Of a DNA stretch of 64,000 nt, positions 38,225-48,253 are shown piece after piece; positions within the stretch are counted from its first letter, which is position 1, and the number at the start of each line of letters is the position of its first letter. Under the pieces are notes generated by a model. That model had not been told where the DNA came from. It saw only the letters and a list, made by a program, of their open reading frames with translations, and did not search any database. This stretch comes from an uncultured Candidatus Saccharibacteria bacterium (lineage in GTDB: Bacteria; Patescibacteriota; Minisyncoccia; Phycocordibacterales; Phycocordibacteraceae). Position numbers and translations under genes: made by a program. The DNA lies in contig CAZXAN010000001.1 in the NCBI GenBank assembly GCA_964638585.1, forward strand, positions 108,372 through 172,371, read 5' to 3'.

Positions 38225-40999
38225 TTATCTCATTTCCTGATGGACCATGGCTTCGCAATTAGCGAGGGTGTGCTCAGGCCAAAAGAATTTTGATTTCAGT
38301 GCCTCGACACGGATCACTGCTTCCTTGGCCAGCTTTAACGCTTCACTAAGAGCTTCCGGCTTTTTCTTTCCCTGCAACACGTCATCTATAATCAGTAGTG
38401 CGATATTGTTGAGGATCAGAGGATGCCGACTAAGTCGCTTATTGGTATGATCGTCAGCTTTTCGCAGCGCAATTCTATAGTATTTGTCCGCGTCGATACT
38501 GTCCTTACGCATCTCCTTGCGAAAAGTGCCGTACCAACAATAAGAAAAAGGATTCTGCGGATCGAGGTTCATACTTTCTTTAAACAATGTTTCAATCTCT
38601 TCAGGATTATGGTGGGTTCCATTGTGATACCAATCCAAGTATTTCGAACGAGCAATATTGCTCGCCACTAATGCCCTAATTCGCTTATCCGATTTGTAAT
38701 CAACACCGGCGATTAGCTCATGGACATTCCGTTCGTCCTCGCTTACATCTTCCTGCATGTAAAAAAGGTCACCCCACAATTTCATCTTTACACTCTTGTG
38801 GTTCGGCCCGAGCATTCCTTTAAGAGATGCTAAGCTAGGACGAAGGTCCTTGATTACATAGTCTGGTAATAGATGATCGTTCTTCAGATCTCTTAGGGCC
38901 GGGACGACATGCTGGACTATGGCATCATATTTCTCTTTAGCCTCGGCAGCTTTTTCATCGTGAGGTGCAAGAGCCTGCGCGCGTTCATAATAGTGGCCGG
39001 CGCGTTTAAAGTTTTCGAACGTATTCAGCTCCAAGATGCGAGCGCATTGTAGTTGCGTCTGTGGATCGTCCGGATCACACTTAGCGGCCTCTTCGGCTAG
39101 GCGTCCCGCGTCCGCAAGATTTCCCTGAGAGTGTTCCAGCCAGGCCAGTTGACGAAGCGCAAAAATATACCGAGGGTCACAGGCTAGCGAGTTTCGGAAG
39201 GCCTCGCGCGCCCTGGAGATATCGCCAAGGACTCGGAGAGCCATTCCGTGTGCGGAGTAGACGAACTTGCTTAGATATCGTATCAGTCTCGGACGGCCGG
39301 CGATAATTCCGCCGTAGAGATCGTCGATTAGGGTTTTGCTGTAATCGCAATCGTTAAGGATTCGCCGATATCTTCCCGGGGCCGACATTAGGTCAACAAA
39401 AACGCCTTGTTCCTCTTGCTCGTTCAGATCGAGAGTCATGAGCATTGACTTCAACGCGCGATGCCTTGCCTCGGCAGACGTGTAAGCGTAGTTCACAATC
39501 TCCCAGGCAATCCTTTGGTGGCGTGCGACGAAACCATCAGCCTTACGAATGATCAGCTCTGCCGTTTCCCTTTGGAAGCGGCTTATCTCAATTGAGGCAG
39601 ACAAACCAAGCATTTTCCACAAAACTCTCTGCGGCAGTAGAACGTTGAGCGATTGAAAATAGCAAGTTAGTGCATATGCTTCTTGGATACTGGAATCGTG
39701 TCCTAGGCGGTCAAACTCTTTGTGAATGATCTCCCTAAAGCCTTCGCCGTGTCTAATCTGTAACATGGCGACCAATAGTTGTCGCTCCGCACGAGTAACA
39801 CATAAACGTAGGCGTACCTCGCGGTCAAGGCTCGCTCCGCCCTTTGGCGTGAGTTGTCCAGTAGTCTCGAGGGAAATTATTTTGTCAACGAGGCCCTTGC
39901 ACTCGGCATCGTTCAAGTGAGAAACGCAGATGCATGAAATGGCACAATTGGGATGTTTCCCAAACGATGTGCGCTCAATCCGACTCCAGTGATGTGGCTC
40001 CTCCGCTACCAATAGTACGACTGGAGCGCCACAGGATGATACGATCGTGTCAATGCCGTCAAATGTTAGCGGGGATAGCGAAAAGAATGCGGCCGCATCG
40101 TCTATTAGCACGAGTGTTGGAGCTGGATTGTGTTGAATAAAGAATTGAATCTGCGAATATGGCGAGTTTCCGGATTGTTTCCAATTGTCTTTTAGGCGAA
40201 GAACTTGAATTCCTTCTGACCGCATGTCAAATGCGGCACGTCGCAAAAGTGTCGTCTTCCCGGATCCGGAAACACCAACGACTGAGACGATGCTTAAAGT
40301 TCTGTCGCCCTTCAGGCGGCTTCTGATCGTCTCTTGAATTCCGTTCGGCGCAGAATAGATAAAACGCGGCAAATCAAATTGCGCCGTTAAGTCCGCCCAG
40401 TCAGGTGCAAATCCGTTAAAGAACCAGTCTGCTGAAGTAGCCGCTATACAAGTCGATAGGTCGACGACTTCGAAGGATGAAATGTTGGATGTGTAAGCTG
40501 TTGGAGCAAGGGATGTGGCGAGATCTCGAAATCGGTGCAAAAGCAAATGGGAACTCTTTCGAACCAGTGTCTCTGCGAGACCGCGCCCCGTCCAAGGTGC
40601 GAAAGGGTATAAAATAGTCGAATTGCCCTCAAGCTCCTTTACACGATCTTGCGCTGGACCGGTGAGACCGAGTGTAGAGACTAAAACGGCTTGCTGTGCT
40701 CGCCTTCTGACAGCGGCACTAGCGAGTCCATCAATCTCTGCTGCACCTATTCTTTGGCTCCAGCGCTTACAGGAGAAAACGGTTCGCTCAGTTGCACCGG
40801 TTGGAGACATGTGCGCTACTTCGATATCAACACCACCGTCGGATCCTTTTATGGGTCCGGGGTCCACAGAAATAAACTCCCTGCTGCGAAATTTAAGATG
40901 TTCGATCAGAAGGTCTTGGAACTCCTCCCCCGTGAGGGATTGTAGGCGCGTGATTACTAGATCTAGTAGATGATTTGGTAAAGGAGGGCAAGTGTCCAT
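38225..40999 (-). CDS. Avs-like antiviral STAND protein: N-terminal Mrr-type restriction-endonuclease domain, central P-loop NTPase, C-terminal TPR repeats
   Basis: Mrr_cat-like GSDGGVDIEV...VFSCKRW; Walker A VVGVSGSGKTTLL, Walker B LVLIDDAA; C-terminal TPR-like repeats (ALRQLAWLEHSQGNLADAGRLAEEAAKCDP...). Confidence 0.8.
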   Translation of the reverse strand: MDTCPPLPNHLLDLVITRLQSLTGEEFQDLLIEHLKFRSREFISVDPGPIKGSDGGVDIEVAHMSPTGATERTVFSCKRWSQRIGAAEIDGLASAAVRRRAQQAVLVSTLGLTGPAQDRVKELEGNSTILYPFAPWTGRGLAETLVRKSSHLLLHRFRDLATSLAPTAYTSNISSFEVVDLSTCIAATSADWFFNGFAPDWADLTAQFDLPRFIYSAPNGIQETIRSRLKGDRTLSIVSVVGVSGSGKTTLLRRAAFDMRSEGIQVLRLKDNWKQSGNSPYSQIQFFIQHNPAPTLVLIDDAAAFFSLSPLTFDGIDTIVSSCGAPVVLLVAEEPHHWSRIERTSFGKHPNCAISCICVSHLNDAECKGLVDKIISLETTGQLTPKGGASLDREVRLRLCVTRAERQLLVAMLQIRHGEGFREIIHKEFDRLGHDSSIQEAYALTCYFQSLNVLLPQRVLWKMLGLSASIEISRFQRETAELIIRKADGFVARHQRIAWEIVNYAYTSAEARHRALKSMLMTLDLNEQEEQGVFVDLMSAPGRYRRILNDCDYSKTLIDDLYGGIIAGRPRLIRYLSKFVYSAHGMALRVLGDISRAREAFRNSLACDPRYIFALRQLAWLEHSQGNLADAGRLAEEAAKCDPDDPQTQLQCARILELNTFENFKRAGHYYERAQALAPHDEKAAEAKEKYDAIVQHVVPALRDLKNDHLLPDYVIKDLRPSLASLKGMLGPNHKSVKMKLWGDLFYMQEDVSEDERNVHELIAGVDYKSDKRIRALVASNIARSKYLDWYHNGTHHNPEEIETLFKESMNLDPQNPFSYCWYGTFRKEMRKDSIDADKYYRIALRKADDHTNKRLSRHPLILNNIALLIIDDVLQGKKKPEALSEALKLAKEAVIRVEALKSKFFWPEHTLANCEAMVHQEMR

Positions 41000-41043
41000 T
41001 TATTTCTCCAAGTCGCTGAGTAACCTATCGCAATATTCCTCCC

Positions 41044-41289
41044 TTGTCTACTTCAATCGTTATAGCGCACAACCTTTATGAATTCATGCTGGCGGCTTAC
41101 CGCATGTACCTCCGGCTCGAGTTCGAATGGAAACTGGGGAGCCTGGGGAAGGAACAGGAGGCTAGTCTCACGCGAGAGACTGGAGACGCAAGGTTAATGC
41201 TCCTACAGTTGGTTCAGTTGTACTTGCTCATCTCTCGTCGGCTACCGCCTGAACCGCCTGACACAAGCGACGCTCGACAAAAAGGCTAG
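41044..41289 (+). CDS. small protein, family A, N-terminally diverged copy
   Basis: C-terminal half ...LMLLQLVQLYLLISRRLPP matches family; N-terminus unrelated. Confidence 0.4.
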   Translation: MSTSIVIAHNLYEFMLAAYRMYLRLEFEWKLGSLGKEQEASLTRETGDARLMLLQLVQLYLLISRRLPPEPPDTSDARQKG

Positions 41290-41299
41290 GCAGCCTGTT

Positions 41300-41413
41300 T
41301 CAGATCGCAACTTCGAAGCGCTTTTTCAAAGCGCGTATGTTTGCTACAGTATCTTTAACTTCATCATCGTCCCTACTCAAAAAGGTGCGAACATCGTTGA
41401 TGAACGCCAGCAT
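41300..41413 (-). CDS. small ORF, family B, only copy with ATG start (MLAFINDVRTFLSRDDDEVKDTVANIRALKKRFEVAI)
   Basis: ATG CTG GCG TTC; other copies have CAG/TAG in place of ATG. Confidence 0.45.
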   Translation of the reverse strand: MLAFINDVRTFLSRDDDEVKDTVANIRALKKRFEVAI

Positions 41414-41498
41414 GGCTAGAAAATGTGCCATCCAGGCACGCAATCAATTCGTGACAAACCTTAGTTGCAACCTGGTCTATGGGGCATAGAATAGGGCT

Positions 41499-44417
41499 GT
41501 GAGCCATTTTGAAGATAGCTATGATGCGTTTCGATATCCTTTAAATTCTGAAGGAACCCCCGGATTTCGCCTCGCTCAACTAGGGGCGCTACATGCCGCC
41601 GCCTCTCACTTTGCCAATCGAAGCGAGCCGGGCATTGTGACAATGCCGACTGGATCAGGTAAGACCGCGGTATTGATTGCAGCGGCGTACGTACTTCGTT
41701 CGAAACGGGCTCTCGTCATTACACCGAGCAGACTTGTCCGTGAGCAAATTGCCGAGGAGATCGCAAACCTTAGAACCTTAAAAGAAGCCGGAGCTTTGCC
41801 ACAAGATCACCCGACGCCCAGAGTAATGAGTACTCGTAATAAGGTCCGGAGCACGGCGGAATGGGAGGACATGCGCAATTACGATGTAGTTGTTGCCACT
41901 GTACAAAGCATCAGCCCGGAATTTGAGGGCATACCTGAACCACCCCCAGATTTGTTTGATCTTGTTTTGGTAGATGAAGCACATCACAGTCCCGCACGCA
42001 CTTGGCAAGCAGTCTTGGATCATTTTGACTCAGCAAAGCGACTTTTGTTCACAGCAACCCCCTTTCGACAAGATCAAAAGGAAATTAAGGGACGCTTCAT
42101 TTTTACATATGATCTTCGGGCTGCTTACAACGATGGTGTTTTCGGCGAAATTTCATATCACCCCGTTACGCCGCAGGCTAATGAGAGTCACGATGAAGCT
42201 ATTGCTGAGGCGGCCGAAGCACAATTCAGGGCGGATGAACAAGCCGGATATCGACATCGGGTTATGGTTAGAACTGATGGACTCAAAAGAGCGCAAGACC
42301 TACTTGCGGTATATGAACGAACAACGGATTTACGGCTCAAGCTAGTTACTGGCAATAACTCTCTACGATATGTAAAGCAGGTAATCAGGCAGCTTGGCGA
42401 CGGTGAGCTTGACGGTATAGTGTGCGTCAATATGCTCGGGGAAGGATTCAACTTTCCCGCCTTAAAAATCGCAGCGATTCACGCACCACATAAGTCGCTT
42501 AGCGTCACACTGCAGTTTGTGGGACGGTTTGCACGTACGGTAGGGGAAAACTTAGGTCCAGCCACGTTTCTAGCAGTTCCATCGGACGTCGAAATAGAAG
42601 CCGAGCGCTTGTACGATACAAGAGCTGTGTGGCAAGAGATTATACAAAATCTCGCGGCTCTTCGTGTCGGCCAGGAAGCAGATGTTCGTGAAGTTCTCCA
42701 GTCTTTTGCCGCCATAGACTCTGCACCCGATCTCTCAGACCTGTCTCTTTATGTTCTTGAGCCCTACTATCATGTAAAGGTGTATCAACTCGAAGAAGAT
42801 ATTGATATTGAGGACCAGATCGGATTTCCATCTAGATTTCAAATCGTATTTCACGCAGTTAGCGTTCCTCACAACGCCGCAATTTATATCACACGAGAGA
42901 TAAGTCAGCCTAGATGGACGGCCGATGACAGGCTTTCAAATGTTGAATCAGACTTATTCATTTTTTATTACGATACCGCCACAAAACTGTTATTCGTTTG
43001 TGCATCTAAAAGGACGGCGGGCCTTTACGACGAAATAATCGAGGCGTTTGCAGATGCCGATCCGCGACCTCTGCCACTTGTACGCTTGAACAAAGCACTA
43101 AACGACCTTACGGCACCCGAGTTCTTCAATGTGGGCATGAGAAATCGTGTTTCTTCAAATACAACTGAGTCGTATCGCATCATTACCGGATCAAATGCCG
43201 ACAAGTCTGTTTTGAAAAGTGATGGACGTCTCTACCATCGAGGACACGTATTTGGGCGTGCCACAGAGGAAGGCAACGCCGTCACAATTGGTCTTAGTAG
43301 TGCTTCAAAAATATGGAGTAATAGGAGTTCTAAGCTCCCGGAGCTAATAGCATGGTGTTCAAAACTCGCCCAAAAGATAAGCAGCGATCGGATTCCCATT
43401 ACGAACTCGGGCCTGGATTATTTGGATGCAGGTCAGCAACTAGAAGTGTTGCCTGAGGATATTATCGCTGTCGATTGGCCGACCAATGTTTATCGCAGCT
43501 CCATTTCGGCTCGCTTTATTAATTCTGCTGGAACCGAAGTACGCGCTCCTCTCGTTGATTTCAGCCTCTTGATCGATAAACCCGCATCTACTGCGGAAGC
43601 AATCATGATTGAGTTGAAGTATGACGACACCGCGTATCGTTTTACATTCTCTTTTAATACAGATCGGTTTTTTGAGCTAGCGGACCCGGGACAACCGGAG
43701 ATAAGTGTCGAACACAATCGAACTCTCGTTCCTTTAATAGACTTCGTAAACGAAGAAATGTTGCTCTTCTATACAGCCGATCTTTCCTTGGTTGATGGAT
43801 ACAACATATTCCGAGCTCCAGTGGAACCACCACCACCGCTCAATGACGCTGCAATCGAAGTAATCGACTGGGCCGCCGGAAACGTCAACATTCAACGGGA
43901 ATTCGGTGATGCTGGAGCGGGAAGGCATTCAATCCACGAGCACATGGAGTCGGTAGTCAATTCTGGGGAATCGACTGTTGCATATTATGACCATGGAACT
44001 GGAGAAATTGCGGACTTTGTTACCTTCAAGGAAGATGATGGACGAATTCTCGTACAGTTCTATCACTGCAAAGGAGCTACGGGCGCAGCTCCAGGACATC
44101 GATTAGCCGATATTGCTGAGGTCACAAGTCAGGTTGTTAAGTCTGTAACCTGGGCTCGGAAGCAAAGAATCATGAGTAGTATTCGGCGCAGATTTACCAA
44201 AAATATAGGGAGTCACCGGTTCTTGCGAGGCGATCTCGGCACCTTGGAGCAACTATTGGCCCCCGCGGCTCCTGCGTCAGTGGATTTTGAGTTTATTGCT
44301 GTGCAGCCAGGACTTCGAAAAGAAGGTCTTACAAATGAGATATCGAACATGCTGGCAGCAGCCAGCGACTACCTCGTAAGAGCGGGGTTTAAACCACTTC
44401 GGATTTTTTCGTCATAA
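41499..44417 (+). CDS. SF2 DEAD/DEAH-box helicase (type III restriction Res-like core) with about 590-aa uncharacterised C-terminal domain
   Basis: motif I MPTGSGKT, II LVLVDEAHH, III TATP, VI QFVGRFAR; C-terminal region has no recognised motifs except a possible D...QFYHCK nuclease-like segment. Confidence 0.85.
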   Translation: MSHFEDSYDAFRYPLNSEGTPGFRLAQLGALHAAASHFANRSEPGIVTMPTGSGKTAVLIAAAYVLRSKRALVITPSRLVREQIAEEIANLRTLKEAGALPQDHPTPRVMSTRNKVRSTAEWEDMRNYDVVVATVQSISPEFEGIPEPPPDLFDLVLVDEAHHSPARTWQAVLDHFDSAKRLLFTATPFRQDQKEIKGRFIFTYDLRAAYNDGVFGEISYHPVTPQANESHDEAIAEAAEAQFRADEQAGYRHRVMVRTDGLKRAQDLLAVYERTTDLRLKLVTGNNSLRYVKQVIRQLGDGELDGIVCVNMLGEGFNFPALKIAAIHAPHKSLSVTLQFVGRFARTVGENLGPATFLAVPSDVEIEAERLYDTRAVWQEIIQNLAALRVGQEADVREVLQSFAAIDSAPDLSDLSLYVLEPYYHVKVYQLEEDIDIEDQIGFPSRFQIVFHAVSVPHNAAIYITREISQPRWTADDRLSNVESDLFIFYYDTATKLLFVCASKRTAGLYDEIIEAFADADPRPLPLVRLNKALNDLTAPEFFNVGMRNRVSSNTTESYRIITGSNADKSVLKSDGRLYHRGHVFGRATEEGNAVTIGLSSASKIWSNRSSKLPELIAWCSKLAQKISSDRIPITNSGLDYLDAGQQLEVLPEDIIAVDWPTNVYRSSISARFINSAGTEVRAPLVDFSLLIDKPASTAEAIMIELKYDDTAYRFTFSFNTDRFFELADPGQPEISVEHNRTLVPLIDFVNEEMLLFYTADLSLVDGYNIFRAPVEPPPPLNDAAIEVIDWAAGNVNIQREFGDAGAGRHSIHEHMESVVNSGESTVAYYDHGTGEIADFVTFKEDDGRILVQFYHCKGATGAAPGHRLADIAEVTSQVVKSVTWARKQRIMSSIRRRFTKNIGSHRFLRGDLGTLEQLLAPAAPASVDFEFIAVQPGLRKEGLTNEISNMLAAASDYLVRAGFKPLRIFSS

Positions 44418-44477
44418 AACCTAGGCTTGGCTGGCGGCTTCACTGCGCTCCCAGATTGTAGATATTTTGAGAGAAGC

Positions 44478-46380
44478 CCAGAATCGGGTAGGAGGCGGGG
44501 TCACCCCCGCCGTCCTCCCACACCACCGGACGTGCGGTTCCGCATCCGGCGGTTCATTGAACACACTGGAGTCGTCGCATCGTATCGAGCAGCGACACCA
44601 GACCGGAACGATCGAAGAAGGACTTCGGGAATGCCTGGTTCATGTGGCTTGCGCCACTGTTCCACCACGGCCCACGTTGGTTGAAGGCCGAGCGAAACGC
44701 CCGTTCTTCCGTCAGTCCCGCCTTCATCAGGTTCATGGCGCGAGTATAAGGGCGTTTCCACTGTCGCCACAGAATGCAGCGCAATTTGTGCCGGATCCAG
44801 CCATCCAACTCTTCCAGCGCCCGCTTGGTCTCGGTCAGCCGAAAGTAGGCCATCCAGCCGCGAAGGATCGGGTTGAGTTCGGTGATGACCTTGGTCAGGC
44901 TGCGACCTCTCGCGCCCTTGAGTACTTCCCGAATTTTGTCTTCCAGCCGCTGCAGGCTGGTCGGCGCAATCCGCAGTTTCGGGGTCTTATGCCACGTCAG
45001 GCTGTAACCCAGAAACTTCCTCGTCCACGGACGCGCCACCGCGCTCTTGGCCGCATTGACCGTGAGCTTGAGCGTGTCCGCCAGAAACTGAGTGATGCTC
45101 GCCATCACCCGCTCTCCCGCCTGTTGGCTTCTGACGTAGATGTTGCAGTCGTCCGCATACCGGCAGAAGGCATGGCCCCGGCGTTCCAGTTCCCGATCCA
45201 GTTCCGTCAGCAGAATGTTCGATAGCAGCGGACTGAGCGGCCCGCCTTGCGGCGTGCCTTCCGTCCTCGGGGAGACGATCCCCTCTGCCATCATGCCCGC
45301 TTCGAGATACCGGCGAATGAGGCGCAGCACTCGTGCGTCACCGATCTTCTTCGAGAGCTTCTCCATCAGTAAATCGTGATTGACGCGGTCGAAGAATTTC
45401 TCCAAGTCCACGTCCACCACAATCCTGCGACCTTCGGCGACATACTGCTTGGCCGCCTTGAGCGCTTGATGCGCGTTCCTCCCCGGTCGAAAGCCGTAAC
45501 TCGATTCGGAGAAGTCAGCCTCGAAGATCGGCGAGAGCGCCTGATGCAACGCTTGCTGGATCATCCGATCCGTCAGCGTCGGAATGCCGAGTGTCCTGAC
45601 TCCACCTTGCGGTTTCTGTATATCCACCCGGCGTACCGCTGAGGGCCTGTATTCCCCCGTCAGCAGTTTGGCTTTGATCCTCGGCCAGTGTTGCTTGAGG
45701 TGGTCTTTGAACTCGGCAACGCCAATGTCGTCGACTCCGGCTGCGCCTTTGTTCTCGACCACCCTCTGATAGGCGAGCTTCAGGTTGCCGCGCTCACACA
45801 CGACCTCCATCAGCCCGCTTTCCCGCTTCAACTCCGCTTTCGTCCGCAGACGGTTCGTCACGTCAGCCTCAGCGCCCAGCGCGGCTGCCTCGGCGTTGCG
45901 CGCCAACGCTTCCGTTCGGGTATCCACTTGCCGTGGGTCTTCTGCCTTCATCGACTGTCCATGTGTTCCCGCCGCCTACTTGCGGCATTCCCTGTTCGGC
46001 CCTTCGGTTCATGCAGACACCTAATATGGCCTCTGCTGACTTCTGCATGAGCCTCCCCGCACCTTTCGACGCCGGTAGCACAGAGGTTGCCCTCGGCACC
46101 CATGCAGATCTCCCCGGGTATGACGCACCCACCTTCACGCTTATACCTGTCGGATATACGTCACGGCGTTCCGTGCAAGTTCCGGGCTTCGACGATAATT
46201 GCCGTCTTACCCCACCGTGCCGCCTCGTATCCGCTTCCTATTCGTCAGGCCAGCGCTTTGCCTTCGGCTTCCTCCAGATCCGTGGTCGCCCACGACACCC
46301 TTGCCGTTCAGCTAACTCTTCCCCTTGCCGGGCGAGTAAAGGACTTCCACCTCCAAGTGAGTGCGCCCTGCCGGGCGCAC
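44478..46380 (-). mobile_element. group II intron (likely class C) with intron-encoded reverse transcriptase
   Basis: 5' GTGCGCCC at 46380 (minus strand) directly after a GGCGCC-N6-GGCGCC hairpin plus TTTGTCATT; RT ORF; domain V-like hairpin 44521-44554 and domain VI-like hairpin 44485-44518; 3' boundary approximate. Confidence 0.75.
44554..45951 (-). CDS. group II intron reverse transcriptase/maturase
   Basis: RT motifs including [11 protein letters not shown] (YADD), maturase X region. Confidence 0.9.
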   Translation of the reverse strand: MKAEDPRQVDTRTEALARNAEAAALGAEADVTNRLRTKAELKRESGLMEVVCERGNLKLAYQRVVENKGAAGVDDIGVAEFKDHLKQHWPRIKAKLLTGEYRPSAVRRVDIQKPQGGVRTLGIPTLTDRMIQQALHQALSPIFEADFSESSYGFRPGRNAHQALKAAKQYVAEGRRIVVDVDLEKFFDRVNHDLLMEKLSKKIGDARVLRLIRRYLEAGMMAEGIVSPRTEGTPQGGPLSPLLSNILLTELDRELERRGHAFCRYADDCNIYVRSQQAGERVMASITQFLADTLKLTVNAAKSAVARPWTRKFLGYSLTWHKTPKLRIAPTSLQRLEDKIREVLKGARGRSLTKVITELNPILRGWMAYFRLTETKRALEELDGWIRHKLRCILWRQWKRPYTRAMNLMKAGLTEERAFRSAFNQRGPWWNSGASHMNQAFPKSFFDRSGLVSLLDTMRRLQCVQ

Positions 46381-46389
46381 AATGACAAA

Positions 46390-46407
46390 GGCGCCATTTC
46401 TGGCGCC
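46390..46407 (-). terminator. rho-independent terminator hairpin downstream of mazF-like gene; intron insertion point
   Basis: minus-strand GGCGCCAGAAATGGCGCC followed by TTTGTCATT, then intron 5' end. Confidence 0.5.
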
Positions 46408-46500
46408 TTATTCTGAAGCGGTAGCGGGCTTGTCATCACCCATTTGCCACCGCTTGCTTCCTTTCGGAAGTCTTACCGGCCCCTTTCGGGAACAAGTACA

Positions 46501-46905
46501 TTATCTCTCCACAGGGGTGTCTTTGTCAATATGCAGGGCAATCCCCACACAATGGCGGATTGCCGCAAGCTCATCGGCTGGAATGCTCGGAACAACGTAC
46601 TCCCGCTTTGCCACTTTATACCGATCCAGCCGGGCAAGCGACACCGTCACCACCATGTCGCACTTTGCCCATGTCACCAGGTCTTTCGGCTTATCCGGAA
46701 GCGGGTTTTCCTTCAGCATATGGTGATACGGAGCAACCGGCTTTGGCTGCTTCGTTGAGAGCGGTACAACCGTTACCAACTGTGCATTGCTTTTGTGCTT
46801 CGCAATGATCACGACCGGCCGCTTCTTCACCATCTCGGGGACGACGAAGCCGTGGAAATCGCAGATGACGACGCTACCGGCTTTGGGTTGGAATTTGAGT
46901 GGCAT
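46501..46905 (-). CDS. PemK/MazF-family toxin-like protein
   Basis: KAGSVVICDF, KRPVVIIA, LVTVVPLST spacing typical of MazF/Kid fold; good RBS GAGGAAAAATCATG. Confidence 0.65.
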   Translation of the reverse strand: MPLKFQPKAGSVVICDFHGFVVPEMVKKRPVVIIAKHKSNAQLVTVVPLSTKQPKPVAPYHHMLKENPLPDKPKDLVTWAKCDMVVTVSLARLDRYKVAKREYVVPSIPADELAAIRHCVGIALHIDKDTPVER

Positions 46906-47034
46906 GATTTTTCCTCATTGTTACGGGTAACGATACATCAGTCAATGTGCATTACTTCTCCCTTCACCGTATGCGCCACGAGGTCGCGCAAAAAGACGTG
47001 AGAATTTTCTTGTGCGGCACGTTCTCACGCCTTC

Positions 47035-47173
47035 GTGATTAGATCCGACGCGTTTATTTTGTCCTGATGCGCACGGTCGTCATTTTCGAAGCGTTTTTTA
47101 AGCTCGCGGATGTTTGCTATAGTATCCTTAGCTTCATCGTCGTCTCGACTTAAAAAGGTGCGAACGTCGTTGA
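47035..47173 (-). CDS. small ORF, family B, longer C-terminal variant, upstream of mazF-like gene, no ATG
   Basis: …LAFINDVRTFLSRDDDEAKDTIANIRELKKRFENDDRAHQDKINASDLITKA; 130 nt upstream of and co-directional with the toxin-like gene. Confidence 0.4.
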
Positions 47174-47187
47174 TGAACGCCAGCTAA

Positions 47188-47206
47188 AGTAATACCTAGT
47201 CATACG
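47188..47206. promoter_or_regulatory. perfect 19-bp palindrome AGTCATACGCAGTATGACT upstream of RHH gene
   Basis: 7-bp arms AGTCATA/TATGACT around CGCAG; conserved with 37278-37296. Confidence 0.35.
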
Positions 47207-47306
47207 CAGTATGACTCAGCTAAAACGGCTGAATTACGTACTTTGTTGCCGCCTTGGCACATTCACACGTCTTGTTCGCGCCTGCCTATCGGAAGAGACT
47301 GGTCGC

Positions 47307-47444
47307 ATGCCACGTATAACCGTTACGTTCTCGATCTCCCTCCCTCCAGAAATGGCTGTTGAGCTGGAAGAGACAATGAAAAGGGAGCATCGCACGCGCT
47401 CCGAACTCATTCGTGAAGCGCTGCGTCGGTATTTTTCGCAATAA
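47307..47444 (+). CDS. ribbon-helix-helix (CopG/Arc-like) protein, second copy
   Basis: MPRITVTFSISLPPEMAVELEETMKREHRTRSELIREALRRYFSQ. Confidence 0.7.
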   Translation: MPRITVTFSISLPPEMAVELEETMKREHRTRSELIREALRRYFSQ

Positions 47445-47452
47445 AACAAGAA

Positions 47453-47475
47453 CCCGCGTCTTCTTAGACGCGGGG
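47453..47475. terminator. bidirectional terminator hairpin between convergent genes
   Basis: CCCGCGTC-TTCTTAG-ACGCGGG; T-rich run on the minus-strand side. Confidence 0.45.
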
Positions 47476-47491
47476 TTCAGGACAAACGAAT

Positions 47492-48253
47492 CTACACCTT
47501 GCGAAGGTGGAACACGATCCGAGAGCTGGAATCCAGTGCATCCTTGATGTCGGTGTTGTGTGCGCTCAGCTCGCCCAGCATGCTGCCTTTGTTCTCCAGC
47601 ACGAACACTCGTGGATCGCCCTCGGAATCGATTATCCGTTTCATTGCAATCCAGAGAACTTCACCTTTCGGCTGATCCTTGTATTGCTCGCGGATATGCG
47701 GACCAGCTTCAGCAGGAAGTAATTCGATGCTGTAGCCATCTGGAAGACGATGTGCATTGCGCATGTTCCATTGAGCGAGACATCCTGGATGAAGCAATTC
47801 CCTTATGCTCGGAATGCGTTTGTAACCAAGACCAGCTGGTGAAAGCATGATTGTTTCAATCCTCTTTTCTGGACGATGGGTGGTAAACGGCCTTTGCGCC
47901 ATCAAGTTTCTGGCCCAGTATTCGATGGAGAATCCGACGTCGATTCTCGCAAGAAGAGTATTCTTATTCACTCCGCCGATGAGAAAACTACGCCACCTGA
48001 TGAACTTCTTTAGAGCGGCGCGAACGGCATCCCGGTCAATATTCCACAAATCGACATCCAGTATGTCTGAAAGGATCCCAGACTCGTAGAGCGCTGCAAG
48101 TTGCTCGCTAGTCGGATCCTTAGCCTTGATGAGATTAAGCGCGTGAAGTGCTTGGCCAAAACTTGGTTTGCTCATAGGTTTCTCCCTATTAAGCGCTACT
48201 CCTAATTTGGGTAGCGATGCTAATCGGCACTTCGGAGGATTCCGGTTTGCCAT
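47492..48253 (-). CDS. hypothetical protein
   Basis: 253-aa ORF (possibly starting MSKPSFGQ), no motif recognised. Confidence 0.45.
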   Translation of the reverse strand: MANRNPPKCRLASLPKLGVALNREKPMSKPSFGQALHALNLIKAKDPTSEQLAALYESGILSDILDVDLWNIDRDAVRAALKKFIRWRSFLIGGVNKNTLLARIDVGFSIEYWARNLMAQRPFTTHRPEKRIETIMLSPAGLGYKRIPSIRELLHPGCLAQWNMRNAHRLPDGYSIELLPAEAGPHIREQYKDQPKGEVLWIAMKRIIDSEGDPRVFVLENKGSMLGELSAHNTDIKDALDSSSRIVFHLRKV

